From Diplonema japonicum (taxonomy: Eukaryota > Protista > Euglenozoa: Diplonemea), in assembly GCA_964019335.1 (NCBI GenBank), contig OZ025717.1:310001-374000 (forward strand): 64,000 nucleotides of DNA, given 5' to 3'. Shown one piece after another: positions 1 through 10,700 of this stretch (positions are counted from its first letter, which is position 1; every line of letters starts with the position of its first letter). Position numbers and translations under genes: made by a program. The notes under the pieces are model-generated. The model ran no database searches. It was not told the DNA's origin and worked only from the letters and a program-made list of their open reading frames with translations.

Positions 1-945
1 CAACGCAGCGTAACCAGCGCCGGCAGTGAAGGCGATGCTCATTCTTGTGGAGGCCTCTCTGGTCTGGAGGGATGAAACAGGGCCAGAGGTTAGCAAGGTT
101 TTTTGGAGGTCAAGGGTTGTGCGCAGGTTGAAATTTCTTCTCTTTCGTTGAGCATTCTGTTGCAGCCTCACCTTAGTGGTTAGCTCCTCATGCTCTAAGG
201 CAAGACGCCGCTCACGCTCACTAGCAACGATGTTTGCCAATCGTGTTTTCCTCACTCGGGAAGTGGTCTGAAGGGACGACAGGTCCAATGCGCCTGCAAA
301 GTACTCGTTTTCAATCGCCCCGCGGCACGCCACCTCAGTGTGTACAACCTGCTTTGCTCCTAAAAGGTGAATGAACTCTGCGTTCTGCGCTGCTTCGATC
401 ATACATCGTTGCTGTGCTTCCGCAGAAGAAAAGGTCTTCCAGTGGCCCACCCAGGACTCCCCCCAGCGAATGAGGTTGACTACGTGTAAGTCATAGCCAT
501 TCAAGATCTGGATGCGTCCGTCCTGTTCACTCCTGAGAACGGCGTGGAGCTGAACCTTGAGTACCTCATCAGGTAGGTTCTCGCAGGGGTCCTCTTGTCC
601 TTCAACACCGCCCCACAATGGAGGGGGGTAGCCCTGGAGCATCATTGGAGGAGGGCAAGGGTGTGTGTAGAAAGGATGCCCCATGAATCCCATAAACCCC
701 ACAGGCGACGGTCCATACATGTCACCCACACCGTACATCTCAGGGCTGTACAGCTGTGGGGGCGGAGCCTCAAGCCGCAGATCCATCTCCCCGTCTACTT
801 CATTCTCGTTTCCATCCTCTCTCGCCCTCTCCCCATCCACACTTTCTACCACCTCATCGTCAGGACTGCAAGGAGGGCACGATGAGCTTCTTTCCAATTC
901 CTTCCCCCGCTTCTCGTAGATTGCAGGTGGGGTGCACGCACGCAT
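1..945 (-). CDS. Hypothetical protein, 3' end runs off the window (>=315 aa, MRACTPPAIYEKRGKELERS...)
   Basis: Manual translation from ATG at 945 stays open to position 1; absent from the ORF track because there is no stop in the window. Confidence 0.7.
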   Translation of the reverse strand, partial: MRACTPPAIYEKRGKELERSSSCPPCSPDDEVVESVDGERAREDGNENEVDGEMDLRLEAPPPQLYSPEMYGVGDMYGPSPVGFMGFMGHPFYTHPCPPPMMLQGYPPPLWGGVEGQEDPCENLPDEVLKVQLHAVLRSEQDGRIQILNGYDLHVVNLIRWGESWVGHWKTFSSAEAQQRCMIEAAQNAEFIHLLGAKQVVHTEVACRGAIENEYFAGALDLSSLQTTSRVRKTRLANIVASERERRLALEHEELTTKVRLQQNAQRKRRNFNLRTTLDLQKTLLTSGPVSSLQTREASTRMSIAFTAGAGYAAL

Positions 946-1135
946 GACCCCTCCCACCCCTGTGTGTTGAGGGAAAAAAACATGAAACGAGGGGGGAGAA
1001 TATAAGGAGAGTGGGTGTATTGTTTGAACTGGTAGCTTTGAGCGCTACTGAGGTTTGCGTTTACGCGCACCAGAAAAAAAAAAGAATAAAAGAGAACAAA
1101 AGTAAGCAAAAGTCATATCAGAACCCCCCCTTTTT

Positions 1136-2926
1136 TCATTCCCAATTAAACAAACTCTTAACGAAAGATCCAAAGTTCCGGGTTTCGGTTTCGGTCGTGT
1201 GCACCCCTGTGTAAGCAGAGTGGGGCACGTCTTTGAGCTGAGCAAGGATAGAACCGCATGTGGAGTGCTGTGGGGACTGAGCACACCCAGGGCAGACGGT
1301 GTACGTGCAAATGGAACACCTGTAAGCACGGTAATAAATAACAAAAGTCTCTGAACAAGAGTCGCAGGGTGTTGGGGCAGGTGGTTGGTAAGGGGCAAGT
1401 TGGTGAGTTTCCTTGAGAATGAATGGGTCTACAGCCGCAAAGCCGGGCGAAGCGAGGGCAGAAGGGTCCCTTTGTTCCTGCAAGAAGGTGAGGTGTGTAT
1501 AGCCGTTGACAGTGCCATGCACAGCGACCCCCCCGATGGGCACCTCGGAGGCAGGAACGACCAGCGTGGCAGGGCACTTGGGGTTCTCCACCCACAGTGA
1601 GTCGCTGTAGAGCGTGCCATTAAGGACGTGGAGACCAATGTGCTTGTCACTATCGTAGAAAGTGCTTTGCACCATACGTCGTAACCCGATCAGACTTGGC
1701 ATCCCGCTCAGGCCTTCGTTCGCTGCAATGTATTTTCTATATGACCCTGTGTGGTGTGCTGGCGTGCCCGTGTAGAGGTCCGCTAGAACATCACCAGAAT
1801 GGACGTACAAAGACGCCACTTGCGACAACAAGTCGGCGGGAATGTGCCTTTCGATGTCGTGGTCATCCAGCAAAGCCCACGAGCAGTGCAGATGATGTGA
1901 GAGGGCAAGTATTGTGATGTGGAAACAGGCTAGATTCGTCCTATCGAGCGAATCCTTGCAATTCACACGGAAGAGGACATTCTCCTCTAGAAATGGACGC
2001 ATGACCGAGTACAAACTTTTCGTAGCTTCTTCCAAGCCTTTTGTCTCGACGAGCGCGTGCCAGTCTAGGGACACCACGCTGACCCACTCTGCGCACGTCC
2101 CCATCGCATGGTTCAGAACCTTCTCCGGTCCTGTCGCACGCAGCAAGTTAATAAAGACTATCCTCTCCTCGGGGTGCTGTTCCTTTAGGCTCGCAACATA
2201 CTTTTCTGTATCCGCGGTGCATCTGCTCCGAACAGTGATGTCTTCCAACTCCTCGTTCAGGCACCGTTCACTTTTCCAGTACACAGGCACCGACCCCCTC
2301 AAAAGTGTATATTCAAAACTGGGGGAGTCCCGCCCCTTGGGGTGGTAATAGAAAACAGTCTCGACCTCATTGGCAGGGAGCTTCGCGTAAGGGCACATGC
2401 CTCGTGAGAGGAAACGGGTTCCGGGGGTACTTGGGTGGCGGTAGGCCACGAGGGTAGCGGTGGTAGTGGTGGAGTAGGAGCCTTGGTAGAGAGGGGTGGA
2501 GAGGGAATGTGGGAGATCAGCTAAGAGCCAGGTGTTTGAAATGAACTGTTCTTTACGCGGGGGGTCACAGGCTGTCTTAAAGAAGAAGTGAGTACCTTCA
2601 AGACACACTGAACACATGCAGCGAAGGAGTTCCTCGTCGTTGCTGGGTGTGGTCCACTTGAACCCGCTTGATAGCTTTATCTTCACCCACTGGTGGCCGC
2701 TCACCATTGCAGCTTCGCCCTCACCCTTCCCCTGCCCAACCAGATACCATCTCTCCCTGCCTACTAGCACAGTTCCAAACAGTTTCTCACTTTCAATCAA
2801 GACTTCCTTCCCTTCGCCAAACAGAGGCTTCCTCTCCGTCTCCTCGTGTAGCACTCCCGTCGCCTGGTTCATGGTCACATTACACCGTGGGCATGACACA
2901 TCACCATTTGTGTAAATGGTCACCAT
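1136..2926 (-). CDS. SAC-domain phosphoinositide phosphatase (SAC9-like motif) with C-terminal Cys-rich zinc finger
   Basis: LLRGSVPVYW and catalytic RVNCKDSLDRTN (CX5RT); GDVLADLYTGT; C-terminal CDSC...CSIC...CPGC...H..C. Confidence 0.85.
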   Translation of the reverse strand: MVTIYTNGDVSCPRCNVTMNQATGVLHEETERKPLFGEGKEVLIESEKLFGTVLVGRERWYLVGQGKGEGEAAMVSGHQWVKIKLSSGFKWTTPSNDEELLRCMCSVCLEGTHFFFKTACDPPRKEQFISNTWLLADLPHSLSTPLYQGSYSTTTTATLVAYRHPSTPGTRFLSRGMCPYAKLPANEVETVFYYHPKGRDSPSFEYTLLRGSVPVYWKSERCLNEELEDITVRSRCTADTEKYVASLKEQHPEERIVFINLLRATGPEKVLNHAMGTCAEWVSVVSLDWHALVETKGLEEATKSLYSVMRPFLEENVLFRVNCKDSLDRTNLACFHITILALSHHLHCSWALLDDHDIERHIPADLLSQVASLYVHSGDVLADLYTGTPAHHTGSYRKYIAANEGLSGMPSLIGLRRMVQSTFYDSDKHIGLHVLNGTLYSDSLWVENPKCPATLVVPASEVPIGGVAVHGTVNGYTHLTFLQEQRDPSALASPGFAAVDPFILKETHQLAPYQPPAPTPCDSCSETFVIYYRAYRCSICTYTVCPGCAQSPQHSTCGSILAQLKDVPHSAYTGVHTTETETRNFGSFVKSLFNWE

Positions 2927-3067
2927 TCCTGTAGGGGTGGGTGTGCGGAAGAAAGGCAGAACAACAATTTTCTTTTTTTTTTCCTCTCTTAATGTTCTTT
3001 TCAGAAAAGAAAATAAATTTTGTTTCAGTACTTTTCTGCTAAACGAGAATGTTAATCAATAAAATTT

Positions 3068-3098
<31 letters not shown>

Positions 3099-3377
3099 GA
3101 AACAAAGAAAAAAAACTTAGTTTACGATTTTGCATCCAGATCTGTGCCGCAGACTTACCGTCTCCAAGATACAGGTTGTCACCACTACTGGACCTTTAAC
3201 ACCTCCCTTCTGGGGACTACAGGCTGCTTGGCCGCTATCCGTAATTGGCCTGTAATGGGCCGAAGAGAAAAAAAATGAAACAAACCTGAATTCAAACTGA
3301 AAAAAAAAGAACCGCTCCCCCCCTCCGCTACCCCTACACGAGAAGAAAACAAACACAACGGCAACCGACAAGAAAAG

Positions 3378-3419
<42 letters not shown>

Positions 3420-3479
3420 AACGGACGTACAAGAATAAGAAAAGAAAAGAAAAGAAAAGAAAAAAAAGAGACTATTTAA

Positions 3480-3760
3480 GGGTGCCTGCAGTATGTGGCA
3501 GGGCGCCCTGCACAGTATCGTCTACTTGATTACAGGGGGCGCGCCTCGGCCTAGTTGTAGCTTCTTCTGCGTTCCGCGTCGTGTCCTTAATGCGTGCGGT
3601 GTGCAACTCAACCCCAGCCATGGTGCCCCTGGTAACCAAGATTCTGAGCCCGTGCAGTTTGCTGCCTGTTCGTCACTCTGAGCATCTGCGATACGTTCTT
3701 CCACTCGGGCGCTACCGGTGATGACCGACGTGGAGGTCAACAGCGAACAACACATCTGAT
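3480..3760 (-). ncRNA. Candidate structured RNA or UTR element, family unknown
   Basis: Nested long stems: 3508-3515/3650-3657 and 3525-3539/3626-3640; mismatches are G-U on the minus strand. Confidence 0.3.
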
Positions 3761-3839
3761 GTGCTTCTTTATATTTCCATATTTCTGTGTTATCCCCACC
3801 ACCCGCGCTAAAAAAGAAATGTAAGGAAAGATATCCAAT

Positions 3840-4214
3840 TCACGAGTAGAACAGTGTGCCTGGGGGCGCGAAGAGTGCATCATGATTCATCCTGGCCCAT
3901 TTCTTCAATTGTGTTGACCACTGGGAAATCTGCTGCTTTGATGTCATCGGCCTGTAAGCTACGTACAACTCATATGACTTGCCCAACCGTATGAAAACGG
4001 AGTAATGCTCTGTGCTGTATATCATAGTCTTCTTCGCACCAGTGCATGCTTGCGCTGCCTCTGCTGCCTTCAGGTACAGTCTCAGCAAACCCTTCTGTTC
4101 CTTCCTCCCCACAAAGGGAGGGGTGAACCGGGTTGCTGTGAACTGGTTCAACTCCGTGTCTTTGTACATAAAATGCAACACATAGTCCTCAGGCGACCCA
4201 ACTCCCTGCGTGTG

Positions 4215-4245
<31 letters not shown>

Positions 4246-4367
4246 ACACACCTGTACAACCACATGGTTCACACTGTAAAGCTTGGGGTTCACCACCCCC
4301 TGCAAAGGACCTGTAGTCGGCTCCAAGGGCGGCATGCCTTCCGACACACGCTCTGCAGAAAAAGTTT

Positions 4368-4412
<45 letters not shown>

Positions 4413-5506
4413 GACGTACCTATTGTGGTGATGTTGAACTCGGTGACAAGGAGACTCTTCACCGCGCTGAACGAGGAGAACACCTCTGGTGACGACTCAA
4501 CACTTGCAATGACAAGTGAGACGGTTGGTGTGATGAATGTCATGTACATATACAGGTACCCATCGGGGGAGTAGTCGGGAAGGCAACAAGGCGCCCAGAT
4601 CTCCTGGAACTTCGCCGCGGGGGGGAGGGACGACTGCATGAAATTGACCAGAATGGAAAAGTCACGAGGATTAATGGGCTCCCGCTCTGTGAGGTAGGTG
4701 ATGAGAAGCGTGTTATTCGACTGCGCATGCCCCCCATAAGGCGCCCTCCCCTCTGGCAGATGGTACAACAAAAACGCATGCGTCACAGCATCCTCATCAC
4801 AATTACAATCCCGAATACTATTCTTGAGAATCTTACCAACAGTGTCACGAGTCTTCTTCTGGAGCTTCAAAACGGGAATCGACTCCAACCCGTACGCAGG
4901 GTTGTTGTTCATATATCGTATAGATGCCTTCAGGAGGTTGCTAGCAGACCCCCCAAGAAGATCCCGGAGATCGTAGTTGGGCTTCTTATCAAGGGTTTTG
5001 TACATACCCGCAGTCAGGATGGAGAGAAGAACAGCATTGATAAAGTTCAACTGCGAAGAGAGTTGACGCACTGTTTCCCCAGTGAAGGAGACAACCAAGT
5101 AGTTTACCGGGCCGTGGGTTACAAATACGTATGTTCGGCTGCCTGCTTTTAGAAATCTGCAGCTGTGTGTTTCGCCTGTGAAGCCGAAACGTTCTGCGGT
5201 TGTGCTGATCGTCTTCTCAGAGACAGCGACCAGCAAACCCATCATCCCAAAAAAGTCCAAGAATTCCGTCTCATCACCATATCGTGTGAAAATGGGTCTT
5301 GAGCTGGAGCTGAATACAAAAAGATGTTTTTTTCGCGACATCCACAGGCTTCGGAAGTCTGCTGTTTTTTGTTCTTCATCCGCCGCTTTCTGTTCTTCTT
5401 GTTTCTTCTCGTTCACTTCTTCTTGATCTTGCTCGTCTTGTTTTTCTTCGCTGCTTACATCTTTTTGCTGTGCTTCTGGGTCTGCATGAACCTCGGGTGC
5501 TGACAT
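3840..5506 (-). CDS. MON1: Vacuolar fusion protein Mon1 (Rab7 GEF subunit), 3 exons: 5506-4420, 4352-4252, 4205-3840
   Basis: KHLFVFSSSSRPIFTRYGDE, NYDLRDLLGG, WAPCCLPDYSPDGYLY; GT-AG introns 4353-4419 and 4206-4251 join the ORFs in frame. Confidence 0.9.
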
Positions 5507-6508
5507 TTTTTTTTTTTTTTTTTTTTTGTTGTTGTTCTCACTCCCTCCTCCCCCTTGCACGGCGTGAAAAAAAAATTAATGAAAGACAATTTGAAAAGAA
5601 ATAAAAAAGAGGGGAAAACAATGAGAAAAAAAAAAGAACGGGCACATGGGGAAAATGAAAGCTTTTAAAAAAAATTTTGGGGGAGAAAAAAAAAGTATAA
5701 GTACAAATAAAATGGAGGGATCAGGGGGGGGGGGGGGGTTCTTGGGCATGCATCTGTCTGGGAAAAGAAAAAGAATAATTTGAACAATGCCTGCAAAAGG
5801 GAAAAAAAAAATGGGGGAAAGAAAAAAAATGGGGAGGGAGAAAGGGGTGACACAGCAAAAAAAAAAAAAAATAGACGCAGACACATCAAACAGAAATATG
5901 GGTTAAATAATAACATATTTGGGAGAACAAACCTAAACGCTTTTCTTCTCTTCTCTTTTTCTTCTCACTCCCCCCCCCCCCCCCCCCAGTACTCTATTGA
6001 ATTGCACCTTATGGCCTCATCACCACCACAGTACTCATAAACTAGAACGAGCAATGGAATAGTCAAGCCACACATGTGCCCTTTTGTTTTTCATCTTTGC
6101 TCTTTTTTTTTTTCTTCTTCAAATCCCTATCTCATACCGGTACTGACTTCTCTTTTTCTTTTTTTTTTCTTCTTCAATAATTCTTAACATGTCATCGGAT
6201 AAAAGTCGTAAATCAAAAAAAAGGCAAAAAAAAAAGGGGGGCTTGGTAGGGGGGGATGGGGCAGACAGAAACGGGGAAATATAAAATAAAAAAAAAAAAC
6301 ACTTGAAGGGGTAACATAGGGAGTAGGAGGGGCGGTTTTTTTTTTTTTTTTTTTTTCTCTCTCTTCTTGTTTGAGGTGAGAAGGGGGGGCGACGAGAGAA
6401 GAAAATCTATAACTACTGCACTTTTTTTTTTTTTTCCTTTCTATCCATTTTTTTTTTTTTTTTTTTTTCCCTCTTTCTTTTTTTCAGCGAATCTTCTATT
6501 CAACTCAA

Positions 6509-7453
6509 CTACAACAAGACCACAACAAACATCACAACCAAAGTGCTGATGGTGTACACAAGGTGCGAACCAGCCTCGAACTCCAAAATGGGGTCACCAC
6601 CAGCGATGCCAGTACCAGCAGAGGCAAGACCGAACCCGTCCTTCCACATACCACACCAAGCATCAGATTCAAGTTTCCTGCCGGTGTTGCCGTTGAGGAG
6701 GAACCTGGCACGGAAGCCCTGCTGCTCTTGAGGGATGAACTCTGTCTTCTTCTCGTCAGTCTCCGGCTCACGCCTGTTGCAGACGTCAAAGAGAGTCTCA
6801 CAGGAGTCCTGGTCGACAGGACGGATGTAGTGTGTGAGCACACCATCAACGTTTTCAGAAAGAGCGTTGAAGGACCCGGCAGACCTCCTTGCCGCAAGAA
6901 CTGTCTTGTTCATCGAAATTTGAGGGAAGGCAATCGCGCATAGCATCTCACGCATGTACACACCGCACCAGTTGGCAGGCACGTCACCAGTCCCATCGGT
7001 TCCGTAGAGGTCGAGCCCAGCAGGGTCGGGGGATCCCTTAGACACTGCGAAGGATGACTTGTACCCGTTGGTGGTACCGAACTTGTTGAAAGTGTCCTTC
7101 GCGTCCTTGTCGGTGGCGAGGATGGTCGCCCTGTCGAAGGCTCTGACGCATGCAGCCCCCTCGCCGGCTGCCGACCTGAACCCGTCCCTGTACCTGTCTA
7201 GGTACGTTCCACAGAACATTGTGTTCCACGCAGTCCCCACCGTGCTCTTCATCTCCGCAACAGTCACCGCCTCCGCGGAGCTCGTCCCATTCCCGTCCAG
7301 GCCCGCAGCTGTGGAGGTGTTGAACGGCACCAGATCAACGGGCCCTGTGTTGCACCTGCCGTCGAACTCGCCTCCTACCCTGCAGTTTCCACAGCTCCTG
7401 TATTCCTGCCCCGCTGCCGCGGCGATCAAAGTAGTCAGTATCACGCTACGCAT
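6509..7453 (-). CDS. Predicted secreted, GPI-anchored Cys-rich surface protein with a Frizzled-CRD-like segment
   Basis: Signal peptide MRSVILTTLIAAAAG; hydrophobic C-terminus with no cytosolic tail; CGVYMREMLCAIAFP...IRPVDQDSCETLFDVC. Confidence 0.75.
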   Translation of the reverse strand: MRSVILTTLIAAAAGQEYRSCGNCRVGGEFDGRCNTGPVDLVPFNTSTAAGLDGNGTSSAEAVTVAEMKSTVGTAWNTMFCGTYLDRYRDGFRSAAGEGAACVRAFDRATILATDKDAKDTFNKFGTTNGYKSSFAVSKGSPDPAGLDLYGTDGTGDVPANWCGVYMREMLCAIAFPQISMNKTVLAARRSAGSFNALSENVDGVLTHYIRPVDQDSCETLFDVCNRREPETDEKKTEFIPQEQQGFRARFLLNGNTGRKLESDAWCGMWKDGFGLASAGTGIAGGDPILEFEAGSHLVYTISTLVVMFVVVLL

Positions 7454-7704
7454 CTTTGCTAAATATCAGAAGCCTGTCGTTGGTTTTTTTTCTTCTTTTT
7501 TTTCTTTCAAATTTGCAACGTTGATCTTTAAAACAAAACAAAAAAAAGGGGGGGGGGAGTCGATCATAACAATTGATGGATTCTGTAAAGACCCATATGG
7601 TTTGCAGGACGACACAACAGCACTACATTTTTTTTTGAAATTCCAAAGGAGAAAAAAGAAGCAAGAAGCATAAGAAGAAGAAAAAACAAAAAGAAACCCC
7701 CCCT

Positions 7705-10700
7705 TTAGAAAGAAGGGCAGTAGTACGTGGTCAGCACCCGGCCGAACCCATTCTGGACCAGGTGTTTGGATGTCTCGGGTGTTCTCAACAAGATGGATAT
7801 CAGCTTGCAAGCTACCTTCTGGCAGTCGGTCTGTTTCGACCCCAAAGCCATCTTCACGGCAGGCCCGATGCCCTCTTCCAAGATAAGTTTGTGGATGGCT
7901 ACTATATTTGAGAGGCGGACATCTGCCTGTTTTGCACGTTCCTTAGCAGTCTTGTCCCTGCTGACAGGGTCATAGGTGTCGCGACAGCCACCCATGGACA
8001 TGTAGCACAGCCCCCAGCACGCAGCCTTGAAGACAGTGGGGACAGGGTTGCGAAGGGCAGTGCACAATGCAGAAATTCCACCCTCTTGGACCAACTCCTG
8101 GTGGTTGAGAGGATCGCGGCACAGTGTGCAGAGGCCGATGACCCCCTTTAGCACTCTGTTGTTGTCGATGCGGTCACGGCTCGCATCGATGAAGTCAGCA
8201 AAGGACGCCGAGATCCCCAGAATACTGTCAGGAGGGGACACGTCAAGCGTGCACAGCACAGCAGAGACGTGGACGCGTGCATCTAAAGGTAGCTGCTTGG
8301 GGATAAGGAGGTACAGGTCACGGAGAAGCGAGTCTGCTTCCTTGAGCGAGCGAGTGGCTGCATTGCCACCGTCTGACAAGTTCGACATCAATCGACACAC
8401 ATCAATAACAACCTCCGAGATAAGCAGTGTGGGCCCCGTATCAAGCTTCTTGATCATCCCGTTCACGACAGTGTCCGTCTCCTTCAACGCCAACAGATAG
8501 TCTTTACAAATCCTGGCCAGAACCTCAAAGCTGGCCATGGCCAGCATTCTGTTGTGCCCTGCAGGTTCCTCAGCCGCCCTTGCAAGCGTGAAAATAGCGG
8601 GGTGTACCACGTAAGGGCTTGCATGCGAGCATAGAAGGAACGCCAGCTTTAACAAACCTGTCTTGTCGTCTGCTAGCTGGTATTTTTGCGTCCCACGTAC
8701 CACGCAGTTCGCGGCGGTTCGCATGAGAAGCACCACTGTTCTGATGTCCCCGCCCTCTGTGTATGTGTTGTAAGCTGTCTTGATCATGTCTTCCACCGTT
8801 AGAGTCTTCAGCACGTTCACCATGCACGTCATCCCTGTGGTATGGCCTGCCGAACTCATGAAGCACAAAGCACGTGCTGCCTGAACGGTGACAGGCGCGT
8901 CGCACAAATCCCATGGGAAGCATTTTCCTTTTTTGACGTAATCAGCAACGTCCAATGCTGCCCGTCCATGGACAAGCCTAGGAGGGGGCGTCAGGGAAGG
9001 GAGCACCTTCTGTGTCGCAGCTCTCTTCAGATCCAGCACCATGATGCCGTCGATCAACTTGCACATGAAGTTCGGGCAACACGCTAGGAGAGAGCTCAAT
9101 GTGTGGAGAGCATGTATTGCCAGACGGGACCGTTGCAAAGACCGTCGGTAGGCAGACATCACCTTAGGTACTGCAGGCTCGCATTGGGTACAAGCAAGTT
9201 CCTTCTCTTTCAAGATAGGGCTTTCGAACCACTTCATGAAAACCACACACAAGAGCCGCACTACTTCCAAAGCCTTGATCTGGAGGGGCTCACAGTCGGC
9301 CTCCACATACAGAAGCAGTTCGCTCATAATGCTATAAGAGGCGATCTCAAAAAGCCCCGCCTTCAGGATGTTGATCAGGATTATACAGCAGCACTCCTGC
9401 ACTTCACGCACAGTGCTTGACAAGAGGGTACGGATGCCCTTGCAGATTTTAGAGCCAGTGAAGGTCTCCGCTAGTCCGTCGCTTAACGTTTTATAGCATT
9501 CTGCAACAGCGAGTCTTGTCTCTGTGTGCTGCACTTTAGTAAGGAATGATAGTTTCACAAGAAGACCCTCCTCCACTAAATCTTTGTGGACAGAGGATCT
9601 TGTGAGCACTCTCTGTGTCACAGCCACAGAAAGGTTGATCCTTTCCAAGGCCGACTTCTCGACAGCAGAACGCACAATCCTTTGCAATATCGTCTTAGAG
9701 CCGATCACGTGGGTCATCAAATTCGGCAGCGCTAACAAGTTCTTGGCGCAGAGCAACGCAGCTGCTGCCACTCCGTCACTCAACCCCTTGTTTGGCTTCA
9801 CGACTTCTGGGATACTAGGCTCTTCCTGCGGATCGATTCTGCCTTCAGCAATAGCACTCCTCAGCTTGGCCTCAGAGGTTTCCTTTCGCTCAGAGATTTC
9901 ACGCTCGCGCTCCTTATCATCGGTAAGCATGAACAATGTCTCGATCAAAGCAGGGGTGCCCACCTTCTCGGCATAAGCCTCACGCTCAGACATGTAAGCT
10001 AAGGTGCGCAGTACATCATGCAGCACCTCCTGGTCGTAGACCATGTTGATGCATTCTACAATGGCAGGTGACATCTTGCACCTTGCAAGGCCTTCACGGA
10101 CATCGATCTCAGGCGAGAGAAGTCTTGTGAAGATCGAAGCGGCGCACTTGATAACAGAAAGGTGAGGGTGTGTGAGGGACCTGAAGAGGAGAGATGCACC
10201 TCCTTTCTCAAGGACCTTCCACCTGATGGCTTCGTTGTTCGTGAGATTGCCGACTGCTTGAACGAGGGAGAGGTACGTGGTAACCTCATAGCGGCAGCGA
10301 GTAGAGAAGATCTGGACGGACTGCAGCACATTCTGAGCCACGAAGACCTCGCCAAGCTCCTTGTTGGTGCACAGCTGTGCTACAGCGCTGAATGCTTGTG
10401 CCCTCATGTTGTGATGTGTGGAGCCGGTGAGCCCCATGATCATGCCAACGCCACCCTCATCCAGGATTGCCCGTCGGAAGGCGTGCGGGTCGGTGTTCGA
10501 TAGTTGCCCCAAACCATGAGCAGCGAGCTGCTTTGCTACAGGGTCCTCTAGCTCTAAAGCGCGCAACAGCTTGCTAACACCCTTGAGATCAATGAAGTTG
10601 TGCAGCGCCGTGCTGCACTGCAGCATTTTGAAACAGGTTTTCGCTGCAGACGTCTGGCATTCTACAGTCGGTACATCGAACGGTTGCATAAACACATTCC

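Noticed and set aside
3190-3235. GCCTGTAGTCCC..GGGAGG similarity to the 7SL/Alu domain
   Set aside because: Island too short and no SRP helix 8 motif
3717-3759. Plus-strand GTGATGA...CTGA box C/D pair
   Set aside because: Only ~43 nt, opposite to the cluster strand, no recognisable guide
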